Shown here piece after piece: positions 38,294-51,700 of a stretch of DNA of 64,000 nucleotides (the first letter of the stretch is position 1; every line of letters begins with the position of its first letter). The notes under the pieces are model-generated. The model was not told the DNA's origin, made no database searches, and was given only the letters and a program-made list of their open reading frames with translations. A program made the translations under genes and the position numbers. Origin of the DNA: Cetorhinus maximus (Eukaryota); the NCBI RefSeq assembly GCF_964194155.1, contig NC_135894.1, positions 57,102,001-57,166,000 of the forward strand. Direction: 5' to 3'.

Positions 38294-38378
38294 TGAATGG
38301 AGGCTACCTCCACTATATTGCCATCCTAGAGTTATTTCTGAATGGAAGCTACCTCCACTATAATGCCATCCTAGAGTT
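38294..38378 (+). repeat. Two-copy tandem duplication, 45-bp period
   Basis: tgaatggaggctacctccactatattgccatcctagagtt (38294-38333) versus tgaatggaagctacctccactataatgccatcctagagtt (38339-38378). Confidence 0.9.
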
Positions 38379-38585
38379 GCTTCCCTAATGTTATCTGGGT
38401 ATAGATGGACAATCAGGCAGATGAACAGACAGAGGTTTTTCCCATTTTCTGCAATAATTAAAATAAGCATTTTCTAATCCATAGTGCTATCCCTGGTACA
38501 GATTAAAAACCAAATAGTCTGACACATTTGCAAGAAAAAAACACTAAGAACAATACTGAACATGGACTATCAGTTAACAACTTAC

Positions 38586-38678
38586 CTTTTTTGCTATGCT
38601 TTGGGGGAACAGCTCCTACAGGGCCAGTTAGTCCAATGTTGTCATAAAAATTATTAATGGCTTTTGGGTCAAAATTCC
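38586..38678 (-). CDS. TAB3: TAB3 exon
   Basis: catttcag|GGAATTTTGAC gives GNFDPKAINNFYDNIGLTGPVGAVPPKHSKK, then |GTAAG. 93 bp, phase 1 to 1. Confidence 0.95.
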
Positions 38679-40061
38679 CTGAAATGAACACAAATGGAAA
38701 GAATTAAGGAACACGATTGCAAGCTAATTTTTAAAATAGCTTTCAAGCAAGCACAAATAACTAAAAACCAGCAAGCAACAGTTTAATTATGGAGCTCAAG
38801 TTTTGGAGCGGTCAGGGGAGGTGCAAGCTGTAGTAGGGGAGGCCAGAAGGGGCTCGGATGTGACAAAGGCAGGAGGAAGTGCAAGTGGGAGGAGGGAGGA
38901 GAGGCAAACAGGTGGAGGGAGAGGGAAAGACAGAAATAAATCTCAATGGCATACTCATGAAATATATTACCATTTATTTTGTGCTTCCCAAGAACCCACT
39001 GGATTTGTAGAAAGATTTATATTTTCCCACTTCTAGAGATTAGACACTTCATAAATTAATAATACATTTTTACTATGTAGTGCATGTGTCCTTTTGCTTT
39101 TCTTCCCAAAGTGAATAAACTTACATTTCTCCACAATAAATTTCATCTGACATCTATCTTCCCAATCTGTCTTCCTGCACTAGTCCTTTTCATAATTAAT
39201 TTATAAGTAAAATTCCTACATTCCTTCCTATGTCCCCATCTGTGTTGTTCGAAATGTCAATACCCAAAATCCAGCCTATTTGAAGAGTTGTCTTAACAAT
39301 CGATAATTATCTAGCACCCTATTGCCTACCAGGCTAATATCGCTGGGCTTGCCCATCATATAATAATGAGCTTGTCTTTAAGTGGGAGAAATTACAGGGG
39401 CTTCCAAAGCCGTAACAAAACGTTGGTGTTTGCAAGAATGAAGCACAGCTGGTTCAATATCATTCCAACTGTGACATCTTATTAACTAATTTATTGCATT
39501 CTCATTCCAAACCACGCACTAACCTATTTTCTTTAGTAATTATTTAAGAACAACTCAAAGTTTGTTCTACCATATCAATAATGCTTTCTATTAGCCCAGC
39601 CGGGATTTGGTATGCACAGGATAAATAAAGCAGTGCCAAAAAAAGGGGTAAGTGAACTATGACTTGGGGCTCAAGTTTAGCTTAACGACAGATGCATCCA
39701 AAAAGCAACATCAGAAGGCTTTCAGGCAACCATGTTTAGAAAAGAGTTTACAATTATTTCAAATAACTAGAGATAAAGAGAGACTGATAACATTGACCAA
39801 GAAGCTTAAATTAGCTCAAAGGAAATAAGCAGTCAGTTCACCTGACAGTTGTCAATCTGTCATTTCTGCAACTCTTTCAACAGTACATTGGTCAGTGATA
39901 CTTTAGATTGCTGTACGTGCTTATTGGAAGATTTGAACTTAATTGCTTGGTATCAGAAGTTCACTACAGACATCTACCGCATATACTCATGTAAAAATCA
40001 AATTTTTCAGACCAACTTTTTGACCGAAAATTATGGAGTTCACTTACTTTAGTATATACAG

Positions 40062-40381
40062 CAGAGTGACCAACCATTCTGGATTTTAAGGGATGGTCCC
40101 ATAATTGTGGCAATGGTCCCTTGTTTTATGTTCATGGGATGCTGTTTTTCCTATATTTCAGATCTTTAAACTTCACGCCTGCACAATACACATTTTCAAT
40201 GTTCCCGGCTGCCTGACCTGATAGGTCGGATAGCAAACCACCCCACCCCCCAGCCACCCACCTCATTCTCACAGGTTCCCATGCCACCCCAACCCTTGCC
40301 GTTATAAGTTTGTCAGTGCCCCCACCTCCCCCCAGCCCCACAACATCCCTCAATTCTTTTCGTTGAGAGTTGGTGATCCTG
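40062..40381. mobile_element. Possible old non-autonomous DNA transposon (hAT-like ends), adjacent to a Tc/mariner-like remnant at about 39975-40061
   Basis: Imperfect TIRs cagagtgaccaac / gttggtgatcctg; the neighbour reads taccgcatatact...agtatatacagca. No clear TSD. Confidence 0.35.
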
Positions 40382-43300
40382 AAAAATGGTGCTGCACTCA
40401 TACAATATAGACTCTTGGATTTATGGAGTACAAATTTGAAATTGACATTTTACTTTTAACATAAAATGAGAGGTCCAATGACCTTTCCCGTCAATATACG
40501 TGGAATCACACAAGGCCCTGGAGCTAATCTTCATGTCTGGACAAAACATTTAAAATGCAAACTTCTCATCGAGAAGTCATTAAAATGCAACAGATCTTTC
40601 CTGTGGTTAATGTCTGCACTTATCCAAATAATTAAAGAAACTGGTTCACAATACTGCTTGCAGACTTTTTGGCTTCGAAGTGGAATTCCAAAGAATGGGT
40701 GTGAAAAATGATATGTGAATAGGTGAAATTCAGGCCCTGTTGTCTGTCAATGGCTTAGAAGCCATTTGTGAGGGTAATGAACAGAAACCCTCAGGTCATA
40801 TGACAGAAGCAAGGTTTTCAGATAAAGACATTTAATAAGAGACATTTTTGGAGCAGCAGGGGAAGAAAGATCCAGACCAATGAAGGAACAGGACCCTGTA
40901 TATGGACCATCATCAGGCAAAGGATTCAGATTGGCCTTTATCTCTCTATTTGAGGAATTAAACCAGGTTTTCAGTGCCATTTTTTATACCATCTTGATCG
41001 GAGTGGAACAAGAGAAACCTGCCACTAGAAGCAGTAAATCACAGTAAATTCATCTTCTTAATCCTCCAGACTCTACTCTCTCAGTGGACCACAAAATGAA
41101 CTACAGGCCTGCAACATTTCAAGATTTTATCTCAGAATCTTCATGGAAAGTTAAGTAGGAAAGAGTGATAATATCTCAAGATGGAGGTCTGAAGTTCAGG
41201 TGGTACAAAAAAAAATCAGTTGATACTGAACAGCCCAATTTGTCTGGCAAGTAATTATGCGTGTTAAGTAATGTCATGCAGGCCTGTCAGGGCTGCATGA
41301 AGCATAGGCCTCAAGTGATTAAAAACAAGAGATAGAGCATGACCAAATTTTTAAAAATATATAAATGACTGAACCAAAAGGACCACATACAAATGACTGA
41401 AAATGAGGATAGCCCTTCGCAAAAGCATACTGGTTTCCTGTCGGTTACAAGATATTACCCAGTGAGCAGCTAAGATTTACAACAGTAAAATCTTAGATTT
41501 GAGACCAAGCCTGTGTGAGGTTAGCTGATGTTAGCCAGGGTATTATTGGGGCACTCAATTGTCTAGGATTCCTGCTTAATCATTTCAGCATCCATATGAG
41601 AAATATGGTTTTGAATTTCAGGTGAGGGCAGAATTTGTTCTGCTTTGATGCTCCTGCAGCTGCCTAGTTTGTCAGGATTCATGTGTGCATAATGGTTAAT
41701 TAAGCAAGATCCAGGAGGCATACTAGCCACTTTGTCAATCTCTTGGAGAGAATGGAAGGGGAGAAATATATGGGGGAAAAAAGCTGGTGAAGCAGTTCAT
41801 ACTAAAAATGTGAAACCTTCACCAACAGAGTGTACATGATTGGTGACAATAACTTGGGGGATTTGGTAGTGGGGGCACGGGTAGGTGAAGCAATGACGCA
41901 GAACAGAACTGAGCTGCAACATAATATAGCTGGGACAAAGCAAAGCTCCATATTAACACAATGGGCCATTCAGCAAATATTCCACTACATAATCTGAACA
42001 CCATTCCCAGGTGTTTTCAGTTTGAAATGATGGTGAATAAGGTATTTTCTTTCACAGAACATTGAGATGTCCAATTTGGCACATATTGTTGCTGTTAGCA
42101 TAGCATGCAAGGTTGCACTGCTGGCAGAGCATCACCAATCTGGAACAGAAATGTACCAGACTATGGAGGTCATTTACCCCACAACCAGAGGCTCACTTGA
42201 ATTTTACACCCTTGAACATTCAAACTTTTGATAAGTGAACCTGTCAAACTAAGTACTGCAATTTGAGGAAATTCCTGTCCGATTAAGTTCACCAGCTTTG
42301 TCTTTTTCCTATTTATACAATGTGACAATAAGATAAAAAATTTAACTAGACTAGTCCAGGAGCAGTTTTATGACAGTATTACACTACAATGTTATAATCT
42401 CCAGTGCACTTCTTTGAAAAATGTAATAAACATGAACAATTTTGCTTATTTAGATCTAAGTTTTATCCTATGCTTTCTTACTTTGTCTTTTAATTTTCTC
42501 TACCTATTTTAATTAATTGCATCATGCCTAATCTTTACCATCCTACAAAGAATACATTCAAATTCTTTTTATCTCATTTCTCATTTTCTTGAGTCCAGCT
42601 ATCCACTTTGGAAAACAAAACAAGTCTTTAAAAACTGTCAATCCAGAAAGCACGTTCATAGACCATACAACATAGTGGTGCGAGAGTTAGGAAATTACAA
42701 AAAACAGATGCAGCACTGGGCAGAACGGAATAAATTTTACTCAATTAAGGACTACTTGGTTACGAATATTTGTGCTACAAATGGAAAACTGTTCCATTCA
42801 CCCACATTAATATTTTTCATCTGGGTGAACTCAATCGAAGTGTCATGGTGGTATTTTAATGCTGGAAGAAATAATACTTTGCAAGAGATGCTGTCTACAT
42901 TCTGATCATCCTGTAGGAATGGCCAAAACGTGCACAGTATCTCAGGACTTACTCGTGAACTATAAAGTTTCCCAGCTTGTGGCCAGATTTATTACAAGTA
43001 ATTACAAAAATTATCAACTTTTGCTGGAAAGGTTAACTGTCTTTGGTATCCTCTCATTTTCTGAACAACCACATACAAGTTAATAACCTGAGAGGCAAGA
43101 ACAATTGGTTACTGTGCTTTCAGGCTCAGGCATTTCACAGAAACCATTTATGCATGTAATTTCCTTTGGCTAGCCCACTACATACTTTCTAGCATCAACC
43201 CCTTCTTCTGAAGGATGCTGCAGCAGGACAAGTTAACATCACAAAAGTTTACACCCACGAAAAGTATTAAGTAATTATCAGAAACAATTATGGCAGTCCA

Positions 43301-43479
43301 AGCCTCAGGAGCATTGACATTAAGGAATAGAAATGAGATTGGGAAAGGCTTGTATTGTGATAGACAACAAAATGTGGGTTGATTAAAAGAATGAACATAA
43401 AAATGCATTCGGAAACCAGAACCAATGGCAATAACTGCAGTAAATGCAAAATAAATATGGTATAGAGTAATCACAAATG

Positions 43480-44000
43480 GATTTCAATGTAGGCAAATGT
43501 TAAGTCATCTGCTTTGGGCCTAAAAAAGCTAGAACAGGGTACTTTCTAAATTATGAAAAAACCGAAACAGTGGCGGTCCAGAGAAACTTGGGGGTACATC
43601 ATGTACATTGATCATGGAAAGGTACAAAAAATATCAAAAAGGTTAACAAAATGTTGGCCATTATATCTAGAAGACTAAAGTACAAGGGGGTGGGGGTGGA
43701 ATCATGCTTCACCTATACAAAGCTCTGGTTTGACCATACCTTGAATACTGTGAGCAGTTCAGAAGTGAAATTAGGAAACACCCGCACATGCTAGAAATTT
43801 GGAACAACCTTTTGCAACAGCAATGGATGTCATATCAATTGCTAATTTTAAATTGGAGATTAACAGATTTTTGTTAAACCCCAAAAAAGTACTAAGGGCT
43901 GTGGGACAAAAGTGGATATGGAATTAGGTCGTAGATCAGCCACTGAATGGCAAAACAGACTCAAGAGGCTAAATCGTCTACTCCTGTTCCTATGTTCGTG
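43480..44000 (+). mobile_element. CR1 3' fragment
   Basis: tatacaaagctctggtttgaccataccttgaatactgtgagcag (YKALVxPxLEYCEQ) and tail ctcctgttcctatgttc. Confidence 0.8.
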
Positions 44001-44224
44001 CAAAAACTTTTGCATATGTAATAGATATAAACAGAACTCAGGTCAAACAACTGAGGTTTCATGCATTCAGGGGAAGGGGCAGAAAACATGAGTGTTCTAT
44101 GCTCAGATGGCTCCTGTTTAACAAACTCTAAATGCTCTTTGGGTCATGATTTTAACCCTCCTCTGTTTGGATGATGATGTTCAATTCTACATACAAACTT
44201 AAACACATATCCAAACTACCAGCA

Positions 44225-44876
44225 AATCCGTCTACTCCCACCTCCTTAACATCGCCCAGCTCCACCCTGGCCTCAGCTCATCTGTTGCAGAAACCCTCAT
44301 CCATGCCTTTGTTACTTTAAACTTAATTTTCCAATGCACTCCTGGCTGGCTTCACATTTTCGACCTCCATAAATTTAAGCTCATTCAAAGCTCTGTTGCC
44401 TGTATGCTAACTTGCATGAAGTACTGTTCAGCCCTGTGCTCAATGACCTACACTGGTTCCCAGTAAAGCAATTCCTCAATTTTAAAATTCTCATCCTTGT
44501 TTTCAGATTGCTCCATGGCCTTATTGCTCCCTACTTCTGTAATCTTCAGCCCTATTCCTGCGCTTCTCCAATTTTGTCCTCATGTGCATCTCTTATTTTA
44601 ATTGTTCCACCGCCTGCGATTGTGCCTTCTGCTGCCAAGGCCCCAAATGCTGGAATTCCCTCCGCCCCCAACTCCCCCACCCCAAATCTCTCTACTTCTT
44701 TCTTCCTTTAATGCACTCCTTAAAATCCAGCTCTTTGACCAAGCTTTTGGTCATCTGCAATAACAACTTGTACATTGGCTGAGTGTCAAATTGTATTAGA
44801 TAACATCCCAGTGAAGCACCTACAGGATGTTTTACTACGTTAATAAGCACTGTACAAATGCAAGCAGTTGTTGTTA
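44225..44876 (+). mobile_element. L2 LINE 3' fragment
   Basis: SPVLNDLHWFPVKQFLNFKILILVFRLLHGLIAPYF (L2 LHWLP motif) and tail aaatgcaagcagttgttgtt. Confidence 0.85.
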
Positions 44877-45273
44877 ACAAATGGGAAACTTAAAATAGAA
44901 ATAGGCAATATGGTAAGTGCACTGGTCAGTCATAGCTCAAAGAGCAAAATTTGCATTTTAGTTATTCGTTATCAGAAAAGAAAGATTATATACCTGAACA
45001 GGTTAAATGTTTCCTTTACAATTCTGACTAAGCAGAAATTTCAGTCTTTTTTAAAAGCAGAAATGTATTTCCCCAAGTAAACAGGTGTTACATATTCATG
45101 TATTACATTGAACATGACCAGCATAAACAATCACACAAGTTAATGTTCAAGAACGGTTTCATTAAGCTTGCTTATCTTGTCAAGCACCAACTGTTACAAG
45201 CAATGAAGAGTAGGCATTAAAACCCAAGTTAACACATCCCTTACCCTCATTAAATGTAGTAAAGACCACAAAC

Positions 45274-45367
45274 CTCTGGACTGTAAAAGGTCAATTTCTT
45301 TCAAAGTACAGTCAATGTCTATTTGAAGTTGTCTGTTTAGACTTCGCAATCTAGTCATCTCCTCTGG
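45274..45367 (-). CDS. TAB3: TAB3 exon, coiled-coil continuation
   Basis: tttgtcttcacag|CCAGAG gives [31 protein letters not shown](G), then |GTTTG. 94 bp, phase 0 to 1. Confidence 0.96.
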
Positions 45368-45526
45368 CTGTGAAGACAAAATAAGTAAACACAGATTGCC
45401 CAAACTATTAAACTTAAAACAGTTCAATGCACTAATGTACTCAGATTGGTGACAGACAACACATGACCAAGATGCCCTTGGTAATATTGGCTGATGTCAT
45501 AATTATCAGACATATCAAATTACCAC

Positions 45527-47772
45527 TAATTGTTGTCTGGCGCACTGACCTCTACCTCGCAGAGGCTGAGCGCCAACTCGCAGACACTTCTCTTCCTCCT
45601 ACCTCCCCCTGGACCATGACCCCACCACTGAACATCAAGCCATTGTTTCCAGGACTGTCACTGACCTCATCTCCTCTGGAGATCTTCCTTCCACAGCTTC
45701 CAACTTCACAGTCTCCCAACCTTGGACGGCCCGCTTCTACCTCCTACCCAAAATCCACAAACAAGACTGTCCCGGCAGACCGATTGTGTCAGCCTGTTCC
45801 TGCCCCACGGAACTCATTTCTTGCTATCTTGACTCCATTCTCTCTCCCCTTGTCCAGTCCCTACCCACGTATATCAGTGATTCCTCTGACACCCTACATC
45901 ATATCAACAATTTCCAGTTCCCTGGCCCCAACCGCCTCCTCTTCACCATGAACGTCCAATCCCTCTACACCTCCATCCCTCACCGGGATGATCTGCTTCT
46001 TCCTCGAACAGAGGCCCGAACAATCCCCATCCACCACTACTCTCCTCCGTCTGGCTGAACTTGTTCGCTCACTGAACAATTTCTCCTTAAACTCCTCTCA
46101 CTTCCTTCAAATAAAAGGTGTGGCTATGGGTACCCGCATGGGCCCCAGTTATGCCTGTCTCTTTATGGGTTATGCGGAACATTCCTTGTTCCAGTCCTAC
46201 TCCGGCGCCCTCCCACAGCTCTTTCTCCGGTACATCGATGATTCCTTCGGTGCTGCTTCATGCTCTCGTCTGGACCTGGAAAAATTTATTAATTTTGCTT
46301 TCAATTTCCACCCCTCCATCACTTTCACATGGTCCTGACACTTCCCTTCCCTTCCTTGACCTCTCTGTCTCTATTTCTGGTGATAGACTGTCCACCAATA
46401 TTCATTACAAGCCTACCAACTCCCACAGCTACCTCGACTACAGCTCCTCACACCCCGCTTCCTGTAAGGACTCCATCCCATGCTCTCAATTCCTTCGCCT
46501 CTGTTGCATCTGTTCTGATGATGCCACTTTCAAAAACAGTTCCTCTGACATGTCTTCCTTCTTCCTTAACCGAGGTTTTTCACCCGCGGTGGTTGACAGG
46601 GCCCTCAACCGTGTCCAGCCCATCTCCCGCGCATCCGCCCTCACACCTTCCTCTCCCTCCCAGAACCATGATAGGGTCCTCCTTGTCCTCACTTATCACC
46701 CCATTAGCTTCTGCATTCAAAGGATCATCCTCCGCCATTTCCGCCAACTCCAGCATGATGCCACCACCAAACACATCTTCCCTTCACCCCCCACCGGGCG
46801 GCATTCCGCAGGGATCGTTCTCTCCGGGACACACTGGTCCACTCCTCCATCACCCCCTACACCTCAACCCCCTCCCATGGCACCTTCCCATGCAACCGCA
46901 GAAGGTGCAACACCTGCCCCTTTACTTCCCCTCTCCTCACCATCCAAGGACCCAAACACTCCTTTCAAGTGAAGCAGCATTTCACTTGCACTTCCCTCAA
47001 TTTAGTCTACTGCATTCGCTACTCCCAATGCAGTTTCCTCTACATTGGAGAGACCAAACGCAGACTGGGTGACCGCTTTGCGGAACACCTTCGGTCTGTC
47101 CGCAAGCATGACCCAGACCTCCCTGTCGCTTGCCATTTCAACACTCCACCCTGCCCACATGTCCGTCCTTGGCCTGATGCAATGTTCCAATGAAGCTCAA
47201 AGCAAACTGGAGGAACAGCAACTCATCTTCCGACTAGGCACTTTACAGCCTTCCGGACTGAATATTGAGTTCAACAATTTTAGATCATGAACTCTCTCCT
47301 CCATCCCCACCGCCTTTCCAATCCCCCCCTTTTTCCAATAATTTATATAGATTTTTCTTTTCCCACCTTTTTCCATTATTTTTAAATGTATTTCTATCCA
47401 TTGTTTTATCTCTACCTTTTAGTCTATTTTGATCCCTTCCCCCCACCCCACCCCCACTCGGGCTATCTGTACCTTGCTCATCCCGCTTTCTACCCTTAAT
47501 GTCACCTATTAGCACATTCCTTAGGTAATATCACCACCTTCAACACCTCTTTGTCCTTTTGTCTATGACACCTTTTGGTTATCTCCACCTATCACTGGCC
47601 CTCTACCCAGCTCTACCTGTCCCTCCTTCCCTTAAACCAGCTTATATTTCACCTCTTTTCATTTTTTTCTTAGTTCTGTTGAAGAGTCATACAGACTCGA
47701 ATCGATAACTGTGTTCCTCTCCGCAAATGCTCTCAGACCTGCTGAGTTTTTCCAGGTATTTTTATTTTTGTT
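45527..47772 (+). mobile_element. Penelope-like element (Neptune type), 5'-truncated, frameshifted, with a 12-bp TSD
   Basis: TSD tcaaattaccac at 45515-45526 and 47773-47784. RT motifs FYLLPKIHK, SLYTSIP, QIKGVAMG, RYIDD; GIY-YIG motif LVYCIR...LYIGET. Confidence 0.95.
47672..47710 (+). ncRNA. Hammerhead-like motif (family A), variant
   Basis: AGTT-CTGTTGA-A-GAGTC ATACA GACTC-GAAT-CG-AT-AACT. Perfect stem II; core altered. Confidence 0.5.
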
Positions 47773-48034
47773 TCAAATTACCACAACTTGCTTTGAATTA
47801 GCAGTTGTTGTAAAAGATTATGCATCTGAAGTGTAGCAGTCAGGTCATCAGATAGCACAGGTGAAGTAACCACTTCAGCAAGAGCTAAAATTGCTGATGC
47901 TCACCCATTTGCTAACTTTTCCAGGACTTCATATGTAATGGAAAGGAAATCCTCTGTTGCTTTCAATGGAGAAAAAAATCTAGCACAAGATTCAATGTTA
48001 GCTATTTGAAAGAACAATTTCCCAATAATGCAAG

Positions 48035-48941
48035 ATAAAAGCAAAATACTGCGGATGCTAGAAATCTGAAACAAGAACAGAAAATGCTGGAAAAACTCAG
48101 CAAGTCTAGCAGCATCTGTGGAGAGAGAAACAGAGGGGAAAATTTTCGGGTCGGCGAGTGGGGGCGGGGCCCACTCACCGACGCGTAAAATGACGCTTGA
48201 TGACGTCAGGCGGGTGTCCCGATGTCACCGCGCGTAATTTAGATTTTCAGTTTGGCAGGCGCGCAACCGACTCTGCTGTGCACCCGCCGAACAGTCAAAG
48301 GCCTATTAAAGCCATTTAAATATCAATTAAAACAATAACCTGAGCTGCCCATCGAACCTTAAGGCTAGCGAGTAGGCGAAGAGCCCAGGCGGCCTTCACA
48401 TTTTTCATGAAACCCCATCCATGGGCGGGATGAGGTTTCATGAAGGGTTTATTAATTAAATTTTAAAATTTCAAACATTTGGTGAACAAGTCCTAGCTCA
48501 TGTGGCGCTGTCACATGAGGGGACATGTCTAAATAATTTTTTCTGACTTTAATGAAATCTTACATCCCAAACTTAATCTCCCTGAGGCAGCTCTGTGCCT
48601 CAGGGAAATGTCTGTGCTCTTTTGCACGCAGGCCCTGGCTCATGGAATCCCCCCTGCCCAGGAAGCGCTCAGCGCTTCCGGGCGCACATCATGCTGAGCG
48701 GGCCTTAATTAGCCCGCCCACGTAAAATGCCAATCGGGTTCGCGCCCAACCCCACACAACCCCGACGGGAGGAAATCTCTGCCCAGAGTTAATGTTTCGA
48801 GTCCGTATGACCCTTCTTTGGAGCTGAAGAGAAGTGGCCAGCTCTGAAGAAGGGTCATACAGACTCAAAATATTAACCCTGTTTCTCTTTCCACTGATGC
48901 TGCTAGACCTGCTGAATTTTTTCCAGCATTTTCTGTTTTTG
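48035..48941. mobile_element. Inverted two-arm Penelope 3'-repeat element (family A) with a 15-bp TSD, interrupted by a MITE
   Basis: TSD tcccaataatgcaag at 48020-48034 and 48942-48956. Minus arm 48035-48134 plus 48785-48830; plus arm 48841-48941 with CTGAAGA-A-GGGTC ATACA GACTC. Confidence 0.88.
48135..48784. mobile_element. 650-bp CpG-rich MITE, PIF/Harbinger-like
   Basis: Imperfect TIRs ggggaaaattttc / gaaatctctgccc and 3-bp TSD AGA (48132-48134, 48785-48787). Removing it restores gaaacagagttaatgtttcgag of the host. Confidence 0.8.
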
Positions 48942-49984
48942 TCCCAATAATGCAAGTAGGAATAAGGGCCTACATTATTTTTCCAACATAAATATGATAG
49001 AGGAACAGGCGATGCATTTTCAAAGTTTCAAGAGATAATAAACAAATGAGACCATGGGCGAGAGGAAAAACACTGCATGTGGAGTATATCTTTACTTCAA
49101 AAATAACCATGACTACAAAGAATTCTATTACAGCACTAGCTTGAGCAAGCAGAAAAACAGTATAGACCATTAAGACTTGGGGGTAACCTATTCGGGATTA
49201 CCAATATCATTCAGTAGCCAATCAAAAAAAAATTGTCTAAGGCACTTATAAAATCACTGGTTCCTGGACTTAGCACTAAGACTTCTTTTAAAAATACAGT
49301 TATGCTTTACTCCAATCCACTCTAAGGTGCAAGAAGGGCAGAGAATAGCTTTACCACAGCCATATTTTTGTTAGGCAAAAATTAAGGGTTACAGAACCAA
49401 ATAGGTAGATGCAGTTAAGGTACTGCCATAATCTAACTGAATGGCAGAACAGGCTCATAGGGCCAAATTGCCTATTCCCATTCCAAGAGAGATTAGGTAA
49501 AAGGATTTAAAGCAATTTAGGTGAAATTGACTGCAATCAATTCCATTCTTATTAGCTTTTTTGCCTGTCTACTACCCCTTAAAATATGGTCAGGTTCATC
49601 ATCTCCTTGGAGAGACAAAAAGCTATTGCTTCCATATAGCAACTTTTCACAAAGGAAAATGTCATGGGAGCAATGTTGAAAGAGACAGCTATGTTTCAGG
49701 ATGTAAACACTAATGTAATAAATTCATAGGAATATCCAATGTGTGGAACTATAAACTAGATGTTTAGTGCTTAACCTAATTATATAACCTTCCTGGCAGA
49801 ATGTCGAAAATATAATGGAATTGTACAATCTACTAACATTATAGTGGCACCCTGACTAAAAAAGCTGGATAGCAGCAATCAATAAGTTGAGCAAAAAAGT
49901 TGTGGTATTAAGTCCAGGTATTTGGATGCCCCTCATAAGGTACAGCTAACTTAAAAAAAAAGATAAGAATTTACATTCATAGGA

Positions 49985-50830
49985 TTACATTGGTGGTATG
50001 GCACAGAAAGAAACCATTCAGCCCAACCAACCTATGTCGGTGTTTATGCTCCACTCAAGCCTGCTCCTATCTTTTCTCATTTGAATCTATCATAAAGTAA
50101 ATGCGTTGGAAGCAGTTCAGAGAAGATTTACTAGATTAATACCTGGAATGCGCGGGTTGTCTTGAGGAAAGGCTGGACGGGCTAGGCTTGTATCCACTGG
50201 AGCTTAGAAGAGTAAGAGCCGATTTGATTGAAACATATAAGATCCTGAAGGGAATTGACATGGTGGATGTGGAAAGGATGTTTCCTGTTGTGGGAGAATC
50301 TAGAAATAGGGGTCACTGTTTTAAAAATAAGGGGTCACCCATGTAAGACAGAGATGAGGAAAATTTCTCTCAGGCAGTTGAAAGACTTCAGAATTCTCTT
50401 CCTCAAAGGGTGGTTGAGGCAGAGTCTTTGAACACCTTTAAGGCAGAGATAGATTGGTTCTTGATAAGTAAGGGGGTGAAAGGTTATCGGGGTAGGCAGG
50501 AATGTGGAGTTGAGGTTAAAATTAGATCAGCCATGATATTATTGAATGGTGGAGCAGGCTCGAGGGACCGAGTGCCCTACTCCTGCTCCTAATTTGAGTG
50601 TTTGTATGATCAGTTATTCTCTTCTCCCTCAAACGCTTGCTGAGCCTCCTGTTAAATCTATTAATATCATTCATTTTAACCACTCCCTGTAGTAGCGAGT
50701 TCCACATTCTTACCGCTCTTTGGGTAATGAAGTTTCTTCTGAATTCCCTATCAGATTTCTTGGTGACTATTTTGTACAAATGGTCTCTACTTCTGCTCTT
50801 CCCCGAAAGAAGAAGCATTCTTTCTATATC
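49985..50830 (-). mobile_element. Old CR1 3' fragment (-) containing a younger CR1 3' fragment (+) at about 50095-50610
   Basis: Reverse tail ccattcagcccaacc at about 50013. The minus-strand RT end (FITQRAVRMWNSL) resumes after 50610. The plus insert reads EAVQRRFTRLIPG through to a CR1 tail. Confidence 0.8.
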
Positions 50831-51449
50831 AAAAATCACTGATTTAATGAGCAGTTATTCTCAAACAAATGTAGAGTTTAGAAAATACTCAGTTATTTTG
50901 ACAAGAAAAGGTTTAGCATGTGATTTGCCAGTAATTTACCAGAAAAATATTATAAACGTTATTTTGACTTTATTGAGATAAAAGTGAACAGAATCTCATG
51001 ATTTGCACCCACATGCAAATTCAAAATTTAATTATTGGTGTTCCATTAAATTAACTTGAATCTGGGAATAGAAGCTTTGCTTTCCTCCCCCTTTGTGTAA
51101 TTGATGATTCTTTAACCATTTATCCCACATCACGCCCCCATTTATATCATAGTTACAGAACGGTAGCAGTATAAATAAGCTTCCAGTACCAATGATATGA
51201 AAAGATGTTGCAGCATCTTACATCAGAAAAAACGCAAATATTGAGACATGGATCAAGACATTAAATTTTGTGATAAGACTACAAGGGGCCAGCACTGATG
51301 ACCTGATGTAAATAAGACTGGAGTTTACCCGTGTGCATAATTTATGACATTTGTTCAAGCTAATAATGATTCTAATTTGTATGCTTGCATCATTTTCCAG
51401 AGATGCAAGGGTCCTGAAATATTGTGCTGAAAATATTAAATTCCTTCTC

Positions 51450-51700
51450 AGTATATGGGCATCACTGGCAAAATATTTATTGATCATCTCTCATTACCCT
51501 CAGGAAGCTTGTGGTGGGTCTTCTGTTTAAGCTGCTGTACCTCATGTGAAAATATTCTCAGCATTGCTGAAGTGGGAGTTCCAGGATTTTGACCCATTGA
51601 TGACAAAGGAAAGGTAATATATGTCCAAGTTGAAATGGAACAAACATTGGAGATAATGATATTCCCATGCATCTGATGCCTTTTCCCTCTCATTTGTAGC
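51450..51700 (-). mobile_element. RTE-X-like 3' fragment
   Basis: gggagttccaggattttgaccca...aaggaaaggtaatatatgtccaagt matches 5797-5852. Confidence 0.7.
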
